NCBI GenBank assembly: GCA_963693365.1
Contig: CAVNZM010000010.1
Span: forward strand, 4,586,159-4,650,158
Length of the DNA stretch: 64,000 bases
Direction: 5' to 3'
From: Amoebidium appalachense
Lineage: Eukaryota; Protista; Ichthyosporea
Positions 51,870-64,000 of the stretch are shown piece after piece (within the stretch, counting starts at the first letter, position 1; every line of letters begins with the position of its first letter). Below the pieces are notes generated by a model, which saw only the letters and a list, made by a program, of their open reading frames with translations, was not told where the DNA came from and searched no databases. Both the position numbers and the translations under genes were made by a program.

Positions 51870-53126
51870 ATGTTCAAGTCATTCATTGTAGGCACTGCCC
51901 TGTGCAGTTTTGCCAACGGTTTAGCAGTCAGAAGAGACTTTGAAATAATGCAACCGGCAGCCCCCGTCGAGGCCCCAGCCCCGGCCGTCGCAGAACCCGC
52001 TACTCCCGCCACAACAGAATCAGCATCGCAAACCCCTCAGGTCGAAGCACCAGTGGTACCAGCAGCGACGGAAGAGGTAGCAGTCGATACACTAGACGTG
52101 CCAACACCTGAGAGAGATTTTTCTCTTGCCGCTGAAAATAACCAAGCCCCTGCCCCTGCCCCTGCCCCCGCCCCCGCTGTCGCTGCTGATCAAGTAACGA
52201 CTAGTATTGTTGGTGGGTATGTGACTAGCGCAAAGAAATGGATGGCGTCCCTTGGTTATTACAACCGCTACAGCCAGTACAAGCACTATTGCGGTGTTTC
52301 ATTCATCAACGACAGGTGGGCTGTTACGGCCGCACACTGCATCAACACATACTACATTAAGGGTGATAAGATTCGCGCCAGCGGCTCAGACCTTAACAAC
52401 GCAAACTCCTTCTTCGAATATTCAATCATCGATTTCGCGGTGCACCCACAGTACGGTGCGCTGAGCAAGAACGACATTGCCCTGCTCAAGGTCGACAGGT
52501 CACACCCAGGTCCCTACATCAAGCTGCCCAACATCAACCAAACGCCGCCCAGCGGTACACTTCTCACTGTCGCTGGCTGGGGTTACACCTCAGAGAACAG
52601 CCAGGCTGTCTCCCGGTACCTCCGCGCCGTTCAGGTCCCCGTCGTCACACAACAGAAGTGCATGGCTTCCTACCCCAACAACAAAATCAGCGACACGCAA
52701 ATCTGCGCCGGGTATGAAGCAGGCGGTAAGGATTCCTGCCAGGGCGACAGTGGCGGACCCCTCTACATGGGCACTGACAACGACGCTACTATTGTCGGTG
52801 TTGTGAGCTATGGTCTTGGTTGCGCCCAGGCGAAATACTACGGTGTGTACACCCGCGTCTCCGAGTACCTCGAATGGATTAAACAGAAGGTGGCTACCTC
52901 TACCGTTCCCACGTCGAGGGACGTTCGCACGGATGGACGGTGTAATGGTTTTTGGTATGCTCCGTCCGGAAAAGTTGCGGTTTGTCCGGCCGGGAAGTGC
53001 TGTGGTTCGAATAATCTGTGCCAGCCTTGCACGGGTACCCAGTCCGGTACACAATCAGGAATGGGTAGCTTTGACACGGTCGGAAGCACCAACATGGGTT
53101 CCTTCGGATTCATGAGAATTTTTTAA
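51870..53126 (+). CDS. Secreted trypsin-like serine protease (S1A) with Pro/Ala-rich propeptide and Cys-rich C-terminal module; intronless
   Basis: Signal peptide, IVGG mature N-terminus, catalytic motifs TAAHC, DIALL and GDSGGP, and Asp in the S1 pocket (KDSC). C-terminal DGRC...CPAGKCC...C is hevein/chitin-binding-like. Confidence 0.95.
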   Translation: MFKSFIVGTALCSFANGLAVRRDFEIMQPAAPVEAPAPAVAEPATPATTESASQTPQVEAPVVPAATEEVAVDTLDVPTPERDFSLAAENNQAPAPAPAPAPAVAADQVTTSIVGGYVTSAKKWMASLGYYNRYSQYKHYCGVSFINDRWAVTAAHCINTYYIKGDKIRASGSDLNNANSFFEYSIIDFAVHPQYGALSKNDIALLKVDRSHPGPYIKLPNINQTPPSGTLLTVAGWGYTSENSQAVSRYLRAVQVPVVTQQKCMASYPNNKISDTQICAGYEAGGKDSCQGDSGGPLYMGTDNDATIVGVVSYGLGCAQAKYYGVYTRVSEYLEWIKQKVATSTVPTSRDVRTDGRCNGFWYAPSGKVAVCPAGKCCGSNNLCQPCTGTQSGTQSGMGSFDTVGSTNMGSFGFMRIF

Positions 53127-54004
53127 ATGACTAATTTAAATTTTAAACCTAATGAGTGATTACGATTCTCCTTAGCCCCTTATTAAGCACGTGCGCGTTG
53201 ATTGATTACCTTTTCTATGGTATGACGCCCGAATTTGTGCGAAGGAAATCGAAAATTCTAGCTGATACTAATGTCTATGGTATATGTTGAAGGTAGACGA
53301 AGAAATTTGAAGGCTTGGGGATTGGGGGGTTTATGCAAACAACGGGCATCGTAGGACTTTTAAAACACGAATGTCTAGTGGCCGAAGGGGGGTCCTTCCA
53401 CGGGTGCGTAGTAGGAAGGTTTATTAGGCAAACTGTCCGTTTACGTGACCGTTTGCAGTTACTTTTCCTGATTATTCTTGTTTGAATGTCGAAAAATTCC
53501 GAATATTTAGTAATTCCCGCCAGTTTTGATGACATTAGGCTACCCGAGAAGCGCATATGTCAGAATACATGCGACTTCCCCGTGAAGACCATGAGAATAA
53601 ATATTCAAAAATCGTATCCCCCCACCCATCGTGGTGGTTTATCAACCCGTTTGAACCCTCTCCGTTCATGCCAACCTCAAGGTAACCTCCAACCCCCCGT
53701 CCCACACACACACACACACACACACTCGCGCGCGTGCGTACCCATGCACACTCACCCCTGCATGAGGTCTGTCATTGTTGCATACTGCGCGCGATGCTCG
53801 TGTTGAATGCCTAAATGGCCCAATGAAAATAACACATCCGAGTGTGCCGTACTCATACAAAAACAATGCTGCATTTACACATACGCGCGCGCGCACACAC
53901 ACACTGACACACAGATGCTCACACGCAAACACATAATGACATGCACGGCCACACATACACGTGCATATGTTCACGTGCACAAATTCACACACACGTGCAT
54001 GCAC

Positions 54005-54043
<39 letters not shown>

Positions 54044-54261
54044 ACACATGCGCGGGGACACACAGATGCTCGCGTGCACACACATCGACATGCACGGACA
54101 CACATACGAGTGCACATGTTCACGTGCACACACACGCACAACGCGCGCGCACACACACACACGCACACACGCATACGCACACACACACACTATTAACTAT
54201 ACAACACACGACCACACAGGCACACATTCATTGCATATACACACACAGTGTACACGTTTGT

Positions 54262-54457
54262 TAACGGTGCACAAAAATGTATGTGTGTTAACTAACGGTG
54301 CACAAAAATGTATGCGTGTTAACTAACGGTGCACAAAAATGTATGCGTGTTAACTAACGGTGCACAAAAAATGTATGCGTACTAACGGTGCACAAAAATG
54401 TATGCGTGTTAACGGTGCACAAAAATGTATGCGTGTTAACGGTGCACAAAAATGTGT
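54262..54457. repeat. Minisatellite AACGGTGCACAAAAATGTATGCGTGTT(AACT), 7 copies
   Basis: Head-to-tail units with no unique spacers. Isolated related copies near 54563 and 54884. Confidence 0.9.
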
Positions 54458-54924
54458 ACGCACACGCACACACACGCACACATTAACAATAGTAAAAAAA
54501 TGCGCAACCACACACGTACACATTCGATACACATGTACACACACATGCACACACGTTTGCCAACGGTGCACAAATATGCCTACGCACACGCGCATTTTTG
54601 TTTTTATTTTATCCCGTTTTGTTCCCGGAGGTACCCCTAAAGGCCGTCAGGGGGAACTACCGTCTTCCACCCAGCACCGACAGTACTCTAGCTAGGGTGC
54701 TACGATGTTAGTAGCTAAACTAACACACCTATAACAATCCTAACTATATGTACACACTTTGCCCAGAGTATCAACCCCAGCCACGCCGATACGCACGCAC
54801 ACACACACACAAAGAACACATACACTTATACTAATACACAACCACACTCGTACACACATGTGTATCGAATGTGTACGTTTGCCAACGGTGCACAAAACGG
54901 CGCACAAACATGCATTCGCGTGCG

Positions 54925-54965
<41 letters not shown>

Positions 54966-55914
54966 ATACACACATACACGTTTATGTGCAAGCACATAAG
55001 TGCACCGTTTTCTTCTTCTCGTTCATCCTCCCGCCTACACAGACGCACACACACACACACACACACACAATACCCAACATCCACACGTAGCAGTAGGTGA
55101 ACCGTGCACATGAAAATAACCTGCCCTCTACACCAACCCATTATCTGTCCTTCCCCAGCCCCTCCCCCCGCCATCCCTTCCCTTCCCCCCCGTCCGCCCC
55201 CCCCCCCCCCCCCCCCCCTCTCCCCCAGGCCCTCCTAGCTCCCGTTTCCATCTTCACCCTAAAAGGTCTCAGTCACAGACAAACAATCTTTTGCTCAATG
55301 CTCAAGGAAGAATCCCTAAATATTACACACACACACACATACACATACAGTGCATTTGCGCACGAAAGCATGCTCTCGTGCATCCATACCCCTCCCCCCC
55401 CTTCTTGCTGACTCCAACTCTCATTTTTTTTTTCCCACTTCAATACTCACTCACAGAAACTCTCATTTTTTTTTTCCCACTTCAATACTCACTCACAGAC
55501 ACACTCACTCACTCACACTCACGTCAGTACTCACTCTTTCGCTTATCCAAGTCTGCACACACACATGTTTACACAAAACACACATCTGTACACACACACG
55601 TACTCCCTCACCCCTCCCCCTTTCCGTCCATCACCCGTCCCCTAACACACACACACATACACGCTCAAAAACAACGCCTTCCCCCCCCTCCCCACAAACA
55701 GACACACATACACACGTAACACCATCCCCTACCCCCTGCACGTACAAATGAACACGTACCTACACCACCACCCCATACAACCCCATCTCCGGATCGATCG
55801 AAAAGTCTCAGAAAAAGACTCCTCCTTGCTATACCAGCATGTACTCACACACACACACACACACACAACATTTCGTTCATCTTTCTCTCATTTCATAAAA
55901 TCTCACGCCTCCCC

Positions 55915-55952
<38 letters not shown>

Positions 55953-56642
55953 CCTCCTCCCCTTTCCCTCCACACACATTCGTGTACGCACACAAACACA
56001 AACACGGCCACACACATAACACCACCAACTCACCATCATGTTCACCCACACATCACGTACCACACAAGTATCGAATCTCTCTATCTCACTCACCCAGTCC
56101 CTCATCCCTCTCTTGATATAACCCTATTATTGAGATAATAATATAACCCTATTATTGAGATAATGCATGCCCTGTTTCTCCTTTCCAAATTTCAAGTGCT
56201 CGCATGCCACCCCCCCCCCCCCCCCCCCCCCCCACCCAAAAAAAAAAAAAAAAAAAAAAAAAGAACACGAGCACGCACACACACACACACACACACACAG
56301 ACACACACACACACACACGTCCCCTCCTCTACTTGTCCCATCTCCGTCCCAGGTTCGTTCCCTTGTTTTGTCTTATGATTGCTATGGCTATGTTTGTGGT
56401 GTTTCATATCACGATTGGACAAGTACCGAATTCAACCCATAATGCATCAGTCACCTGTCTCCCTCCGAACTCTGGGATGTTTATGTCAGATAATCAGCAT
56501 GCGCACACGCGAACGCACACAACACGCGTGTGCTCGTGCATGCAAACATGAAAACGAGACATATATTTTTAGACACACTCCTCTTTAGAGCCCCCTTCCT
56601 CCCCTCTCCCCCCATCAGGCCTAGCACACTAACACAAGGTGC

Positions 56643-56690
<48 letters not shown>

Positions 56691-57097
56691 TATCTACACA
56701 CACACGTACTACTGTCAACAAAACATCCTCATCTAGAGTGACACATCCTCACCATCTCATTCTTTTGCTCCCTCTCTCTTTCCCCCTTCCCCCCTCCCCC
56801 CCCCCCCCCCCCCCCCCCCCCGCCCCGTCCGCCCCTTCCCTCCTCCCCCCTCCCCCCGGGGCGCTCTCGTCCATGTGTGGTTTGCACTCTGCATTATATT
56901 GCCCGCTATTGATGTGTACGTAGTACCCCATAACACAGTCTAAATTCCCGCCCCTTCTCTCTTCCCCCTCCCCAAAAAAACGGACAGATGTAGACGCACC
57001 CGTCCACCCACCTACCCACCCACCACGCTTTCTCCTCGCCACTGACAGTGTTGCGCAGGCACACACAAACGTACTACCACACACGTGCGCACGCGCG

Positions 57098-57136
<39 letters not shown>

Positions 57137-57860
57137 CACCTGCAAAATACCCACATACACATATACACGCACACACATAAACTTAACACACACACACACA
57201 CTCACAATACTGCAGATCACACGGCCCCACCTATTAATCCTCTCTCTCCCTCTTATCTCTTTCTACTGCTCTGTCTCTCTATCTCTCTACCTTCATCTCT
57301 CACTCTCATTCACACTCTCTCTTTTTCTTGCCCCACCCCTCTTCCTCCCACGCACACATACACATGCCCCCCCCCCCCCCCCCCCCCCCACCCCCCCCCG
57401 CGGGGGCATTTAGTACACGAACACACACACAGACACAACCACTCATCCGCCTACTGCCTGTTCTCTCCGGCTCTCATAGTGTTGCACACACACACAGACA
57501 CATACATACACCCACACACACACTCTCTCTCACACGCACACAATTTGTCACCACACACACGTTCACGACTCTGTCACCTACGCAGGCACCCCTAAAGCGC
57601 CAGAGCCACACACTGCTTCCGCTCCCTCTTCTCCCCCCCAACACATGCACTCACGTACACACAGACAGAGCCTGACACCCACCCACTCAACTAGCCCCTT
57701 TCCCCAGCACTCACAGCATCGTTTACACGTATACAAACACGTGGCACAAACACACGTGGCACACACACACACTTCTCATTTCCATCCACACTAGGGGTAC
57801 CGGGGTCCCTCTGTCCCTGAGCTGCTGAGACTCTCATTCATTCCTAAATCTCTCTCTCTA

Positions 57861-57892
<32 letters not shown>

Positions 57893-57978
57893 AAAAAAAA
57901 AAAAACATACATCGACACACACACAAACAGACACACACCGCCACCACCCCCTCTCCCTGGTGCTCATAGTGTTGCGCA

Positions 57979-58042
<64 letters not shown>

Positions 58043-58656
58043 TTATTCCAACCACACAGCCACACCTAGATTGATTGGGTCTCTACCTATCTCTCCATTG
58101 TCTGTCTCTCTCCCTCCTTCTTCGGTCTGCTCCTCCCCCCCCCCCCCCCCCCTCCCCAACACACACCCACACACACACAGCTATCCACCCGCCCACCTAG
58201 CACCTCTCTTCTCAGCACTCAGTGTTGTTCATACACTAAAGCCCACACACGCACACATAACCTTTAGCTACACAGCCATACTTTGAGTGCCGGGGTCTCT
58301 TCCTTTTCTTTCGAATATTTCTGCCTATCTCTCTTCTTTGCCCTTCACTCACTCTCTCTCTCTCCTACATTATCTCTCCTCTTCTCCGCCCCTCGCCCGC
58401 CCTCATCTTTCACTTCTCGCTCCCCCTTCCCCCCCCCCCCCCCCCCCCCCCCCTCCAACCTCCCCTAACACATACACGGACACACATCAGACAGACACAC
58501 GCACATACTCATTCATTCACTCAACTCACACTCATAGTCACACTCACTCACACACACAAACACAAAAACGTACCAACACCGCACACACCACCGTATTACT
58601 GCCAACAACTACACATCTGTACTTAAGTTGCTGTGCTCTCTATCTCTTGCTCTCTC

Positions 58657-58751
<95 letters not shown>

Positions 58752-60317
58752 GTCTTTGTCTGTCTGTTTGTCTGTTTGTCTCTCCCCCCCCCCTCCCCCC
58801 CCCCCCCCCCCCCCCCTCCCCCTCCCCCTGCCCCCCGAACACACACACACACACACACGTAGAGGCCACAGTCATGGCTTTGCCAATAGGGGCCTGCCTG
58901 GGGTTGTAATATTAGGCAGTGCCAATTCGAAGACGGTAGCCTCTGTGAGGTGAAACGGAATAAAACGTAAAAATAACATTCCCCCCCCCCCCCCCCCCCC
59001 CTCCCCTAAACCCCCCTCCCCCCACGGGCCACACACACACACACACAGTTGATACAGGAAAACACACACAATCACGTATTTCCTGCAGCAACCGTCTCGC
59101 TCTCCTGACAACCTTTCACTTGTCTCTGACCCAAGGCATCTCCACACATTGTAAGGGGGCGCGAGGGGTCGCTTGGGGGGGGGGGGGGGGGGGGGGGGGG
59201 GCAGAGCCATACTGCTGTTATTTATCTCTTAGCCCACCCTCCCCATATCGCGGCTTACACCGTCGAGAGAAAATGTTCCCAACTTTTTCACACACACGAA
59301 GCACGTGCACACGTACAAGGGAGGGGAGGGGGCTCCATCCATGAGCATACGTATACAACGGGGGAGAAAAGTGGATGGAGGGAGGAGGGGGGGGGGGGGG
59401 GGGGGGGTAATGCGCTTATTACTCGGCAAGCAGCAAAACCTCAAACTCACATCCTGCCAATTGAAAAGTTATTATAAAACAATAAAAAAAAGTAGGAATA
59501 TGGTGTAATGGATGCAAGTTGTTATTTTAAATTTTTTTTTCCCTCGCAAGGCACGAAGTTGTCCCCCCCCCCCCCCCCCCCCCCCCCTCTCCCTTTGACG
59601 ATGGGCTCTGCTTATTATGTAAACACACATATTGCCACCCTCCCAACCTAATACTTGTTTGTTTAGCACCTGCTTTTTTTTTCGTGTAGTGATCTGGTTT
59701 GTGTTGTTTCGGTTATGTTGTCCGTAGTTATCTGATTATGTGTCCCCGGTTTTTGAGTCCAGCGCTGTGACCGTGTAATAGTTAACATCAACAGAAGGGT
59801 GTAATAGGTCACATCAACAAAAGGGTGTATTTCATGCGTATCAAGTTGTACATATTCATGCATATTCGGCACATGTTGTGTTTCCGGATTTGCGGGAGGG
59901 AGCGGCCAAGAATGTGCAATGATCCCCTACTCTTTGTGTGGTTTGCACCCTGCATTGTCTTATCCATTGTAGATTGTACTTCACAGCACATTAAACTCCC
60001 CCCTTCCCCCCCACCTCCCGCCCCAGCCCCCCCCGCTTCAACACAAACAAACATGCACACGCCTGCACAAGCTTCGCACACCTGCTTATGATCGATCAAA
60101 CTTTTGATATTCCGAGCTTATTCACACCGTGAAGTGTTTTCTAAGCTTTTCAGCAAGAAAACTTTCAATTTATCTCGTCGCATTGGGTGCACAAATCATT
60201 TGAAAAGGCATGGCTGCCGTCAGGGGTGAAGTTCACTGCTGGGTAGAGATGTGTTTAGAAATTTCGCAGACACCAGAGCGCACATAATTGTAGAGATAGG
60301 TTGAATATGTTGGATAC

Positions 60318-60354
<37 letters not shown>

Positions 60355-61675
60355 GGGTTTGGGAGGTTGGTTTAAACTCCAGCACCATCAACCCTGAGCC
60401 CTACCCTGCTACCTCTGTAATATTTTTACCATCCCCCCCCCCCCCCCCCCCCCTCCTCCCCCCCCCCCTCCCCCCCCCCCCCCCCGGGGCTCTCTTAGCC
60501 TCCGAGTCCCCCCTTCCCCTTCTCCACCAAAAACCGACCTACATGCACGCACGTGCACACACAGTTGCACTCCCCCCTGCCTCCCCCTTCCCCCCCCCCC
60601 CCCCCCCCCAACCCAGCTCCAACACATCCCACACAATTCCCGTTTAAACCCCCTCACTGAAAGGATCCCGTTACGTATAAATGGCCAGTATTTGAACTAT
60701 TTTTACCTTGCACTTTTCGTCCCCGGGGACGAGAAGAGGGGAAGGGGCGCGGGGTGGGAAAGGGGGGGAGGATGGAGGGGGTTGGGGAATGGGGGGTGGG
60801 GGGGTGACACATACTCGGGCGCCAGCATGCACACGTGTGTGCACATGTGCATTGGCTCATAAAGGAGGGTGTGTGTGTTGCGGGGGGAGGGAAAAGGGGG
60901 GGGGGGGGGGGGGAGGGGGAGGGGGGGCCACACGGACGCACATGCACATGCACACGTGTGTGATGTACGTACGTGCGCATGAGCTTATCGAGATTGACTG
61001 AGGTGTTGATGATGTGTAAAGTAAAGAATAGGTTCCCTTTTACAGTCCCCGAGTCCGTATGCTACGGTATGATCTATGTACTGTATGCTGGAATCTAGCC
61101 TATGATGATCGTTGGAACATTATTAGCAGGGAAATGGAGGCTGGAATTTAAGTTACATTAAATGGACAGTAAAAGAAGTAATCAGAGAGTTTCACAGACA
61201 TTTAATGCCTGGTCAATCGGGATACTGATTTAGCGTAATCAACTGTAATATGTGTGATACCCAAAGAGGGTGTTCGATGTTTGGTTTCGAGTCGGGTATA
61301 GTGTAACCCCCCCCCCCCCCCCCCCCCTCCCTCCCCCCCCCCCCAACCCACCCCACCCAATCCACCCACCCGCTAACCCAACAAAAAAAAAACAAAAAAA
61401 AAAGCGGTCCTTCTCCCGTGGGTGCATCTTCACGGAGTTCCCAAGCTTGAGTATAATATACACATAGTATCCCCTACTTTTAACTCGAACATATCTTCCT
61501 TCCCCCCATACCTCACCGGCTTGCTGTTAAACGAAACTAAAGTAAACAGCGCACGTCAAGTTAAAACGCAAATGCCGATACATAAAAAGGATGAAGGGAA
61601 AGGGGTTGGTGGGGGTAGGGTGGCAGTGGGTGGAGAGAGAGGGTGTGTGTGTGTGGTTTCCTTTTTTTTTTTTTT

Positions 61676-61706
<31 letters not shown>

Positions 61707-62229
61707 GAGGGGAGGGGGGGAAGGCTAGGGAAGCTTTTCGGAAAGGGTTTAGGCTGGAGGATTTTCCTGTGATGGTTCACGCGTAATGAGTGGGCGGAAG
61801 AAGCATTTTTGGTTGGTGTTGGCGAATACATATCTGAATTATTCATACAGTGCAGCAAAACCTGCGCAGTAGAACGGGAAGCATCTTTCCCTTATTTTTT
61901 ATATCACCGCGCGATCGAACGTGAAGGACTGTTTGAAGAGAAAAATTGAGTGCACAAGCCAAAGTTCGGGAGGTGGATCCGGAGGAGGTGTAGGAGGAAG
62001 AGGGAGAGGGGGAAAAGGAAATTTTATAGGACTCGGAAGACGAAGGCGAACAGGCCAGCGTGAAAAAAGAAGTGGGGGGGGAGGGGGGGTGTGCGGGGGT
62101 GCGGGCGGTTGGATGGGGGGAGGGAGGGAGAGAGAGAGAAAAAGAGAGAGAGAGAGAGAGAGAGAAAGGAAGAAACAGGGGGGGGGGGGGGGGGGGTAGA
62201 GAGGGAGAGTGTGTGTGCGGGAGTAGAGA

Positions 62230-62275
<46 letters not shown>

Positions 62276-62355
62276 AGAGAGAGAGAGGGGAGAGAGAGAG
62301 AGGGAGAGAGAGAGAGGGAGGGGGGGGGAGAGGGAGAGGGAGAGGGGGGGGGGGG

Positions 62356-62397
<42 letters not shown>

Positions 62398-62867
62398 AAG
62401 AGAAGGAGGGAGGGAGGGAGAGAGAGATAGACAGAGAGAAGGAGAGGGAAAGAGAGAGAAAGAGAAGAAGGGAGGGAGAGAGGGGGGGGGGGAGAGAGAG
62501 AGGGAGGGAGGGAGAGAGGGAGAGAGAGAGAGGGAGGGGGAGAGAGAGAGAGAGGAGGCGGGGGACAGAGAGAGAGAGAGAGAGAGAAGAGGAAGGGAGC
62601 GAGAGGGAGGGAGAGAGAAAGAGAGGCAGAGAAGGTAGGGGGGAGGGGGAGAGAGAGGGGAGGGGGAGAGGAGAGAGAGAGAGAGAGAGAGAAGAGAGAG
62701 AGACCCGGAGTAGATGTTGGTGGGGGGGGGGGGGGGGGGGGGGGAGAGAGCAGGTGAAGGTGAAGTAAGAGGGATGGAAGTAGAGGCTTCTATAGATGTA
62801 TATGTGTAAATTCCGTGTGTGTCTGTGTGGACATGCGACGTGTGTGTGCGCGGGTTTGTACCTACGT

Positions 62868-62912
<45 letters not shown>

Positions 62913-63387
62913 CGCGCACTCACGAGTCTTCGTCTGTGTTTGTCGCACGTGTGTGCGTGGGTGCATGCATGCATGACACGAGACCGGGGAGCAAAACAAT
63001 GCAACAGAAGGTTAATTGCAGCAACTATCATCTTTGGACATCATCCACTTTAAAAATGGACATTGTTTATTTTGAAAACCGAGGTTGTCCTTACTCACTT
63101 TAGGGTGTTCACAAAGCTCACTCCCTCGTTTGAGAGCATCTGTTAAACCATAGCCGCTCCTAAGGGCAATTTTCGCGCGTTAAAAGTCAGAAAATATAAT
63201 TCTATCGGAACAAGTTAAAACAGTCAGAAACACTCTACTATCATAAGTATTCCAAGACATTCACGTTACGCACACAGCAATGCATTGCCACATTTAATAA
63301 ACTGAAAACACCATTCGGCAGCCATACATATGCACACAGATACTGAAATGGTCGTTACGAAAAAACGGATTCAAAATACGGCAAAAA

Positions 63388-63999
63388 TCAGAACCGCGTA
63401 TCATTCCTGTTGACTGAAGTCTTCTTTCGGGCCAGGCCAGGGACAAAGTCCTCAAACAGCTTGTCGATGTCTTCAAGCGCCACGCCGGCAGTTTCCGGAA
63501 CACAAACATACACAAACGCTGTCATTGTCACAATCCAACACGTGAAAAACACGAAAGTTCCCCACAAATTAAAGACGTTTTCGCGGTAAAGGAACGGGGT
63601 CACCTTGCCCACCACCGCGGCCATCGCCCAGTTTGTAGCAGTCGACACAGTCATGCCCTTCCCGCGCATGTTCTGCGGGAAAATCTCCGAGCACAGAACC
63701 CACACAACGGGGCCCCAGCTGTAGGCAAAACTGGCGACGAAAATAACGGCAAAGACAATAACGAGAATTCCGACGGTAAGGCTGTTTTTGTAGTCGAACG
63801 CGGGCGAAGCCAAGATCGCGCACCCGGCAGTACCTATCGCCATACCGATGCCGCCAGTAAGAAGAAGGGTGATGCGACCCGTACGCTCAATCAAGTAGAT
63901 GCAGATGAACGTAGAAAGGAAGTTGAAGGTGGTGAGTGCAAGATTTGCCCACAGAGCGCTGGTCTCGTCGAAGAAAGTGTTGAATATGTCAGGGGCGAA
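63388..63999 (-). CDS. MFS sugar porter, C-terminal part (5' end beyond the window)
   Basis: The frame is open from 63999 (FAPDIF...) through IERTGRI, SWGPVVWVLCSEIFP..RGKG, NW and VPETAGVALEDID to TGA at 63388. These are sugar-porter signatures. Confidence 0.93.
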   Translation of the reverse strand, partial: FAPDIFNTFFDETSALWANLALTTFNFLSTFICIYLIERTGRITLLLTGGIGMAIGTAGCAILASPAFDYKNSLTVGILVIVFAVIFVASFAYSWGPVVWVLCSEIFPQNMRGKGMTVSTATNWAMAAVVGKVTPFLYRENVFNLWGTFVFFTCWIVTMTAFVYVCVPETAGVALEDIDKLFEDFVPGLARKKTSVNRNDTRF

Positions 64000-64000
64000 A

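Noticed and set aside
54262-54457. CRISPR-like regular repeats
   Set aside because: Units are head-to-tail without unique spacers, the context is eukaryotic and there are no cas genes; it is a minisatellite.

Overview
Eukaryotic nuclear DNA from an intron-rich genome with dense microsatellite and homopolymer tracts. The gene set suggests a unicellular opisthokont, possibly an ichthyosporean, but that is inference only. Almost all ORFs in the track are (CA)n/(CT)n/poly-C/poly-G artefacts. Manual splicing recovers seven genes: exon 1 of a coronin-like gene (- strand), PPP4R3/SMEK (11 coding exons, one GC-AG intron), SPT4 (4 exons), HID1 (about 24 exons, including two micro-exons and a tandemly duplicated exon), a YdjM-like membrane metal-dependent hydrolase, an intronless secreted trypsin with a Cys-rich tail, and the 3' part of an MFS sugar porter (- strand). 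The strongest unexplained signal is a cluster of sense-strand structured elements in HID1 introns. One is a ~165-nt element in two diverged copies (22206-22367, 24253-24420) with compensatory changes in several helices, a kink-turn-like motif and a pseudoknot. Another is a covarying ~110-nt pair (20941-21051, 21161-21273), and a third is a ~325-nt multi-hairpin element. None matches an RNA family I recognise, and the first is attached to a dispersed, 5'-truncated repeat tail. Many introns end in (CA)n-AG with complementary (GT)n/poly-G upstream, suggesting splicing aided by RNA base-pairing. All structures were folded by eye and need computational and expression tests.
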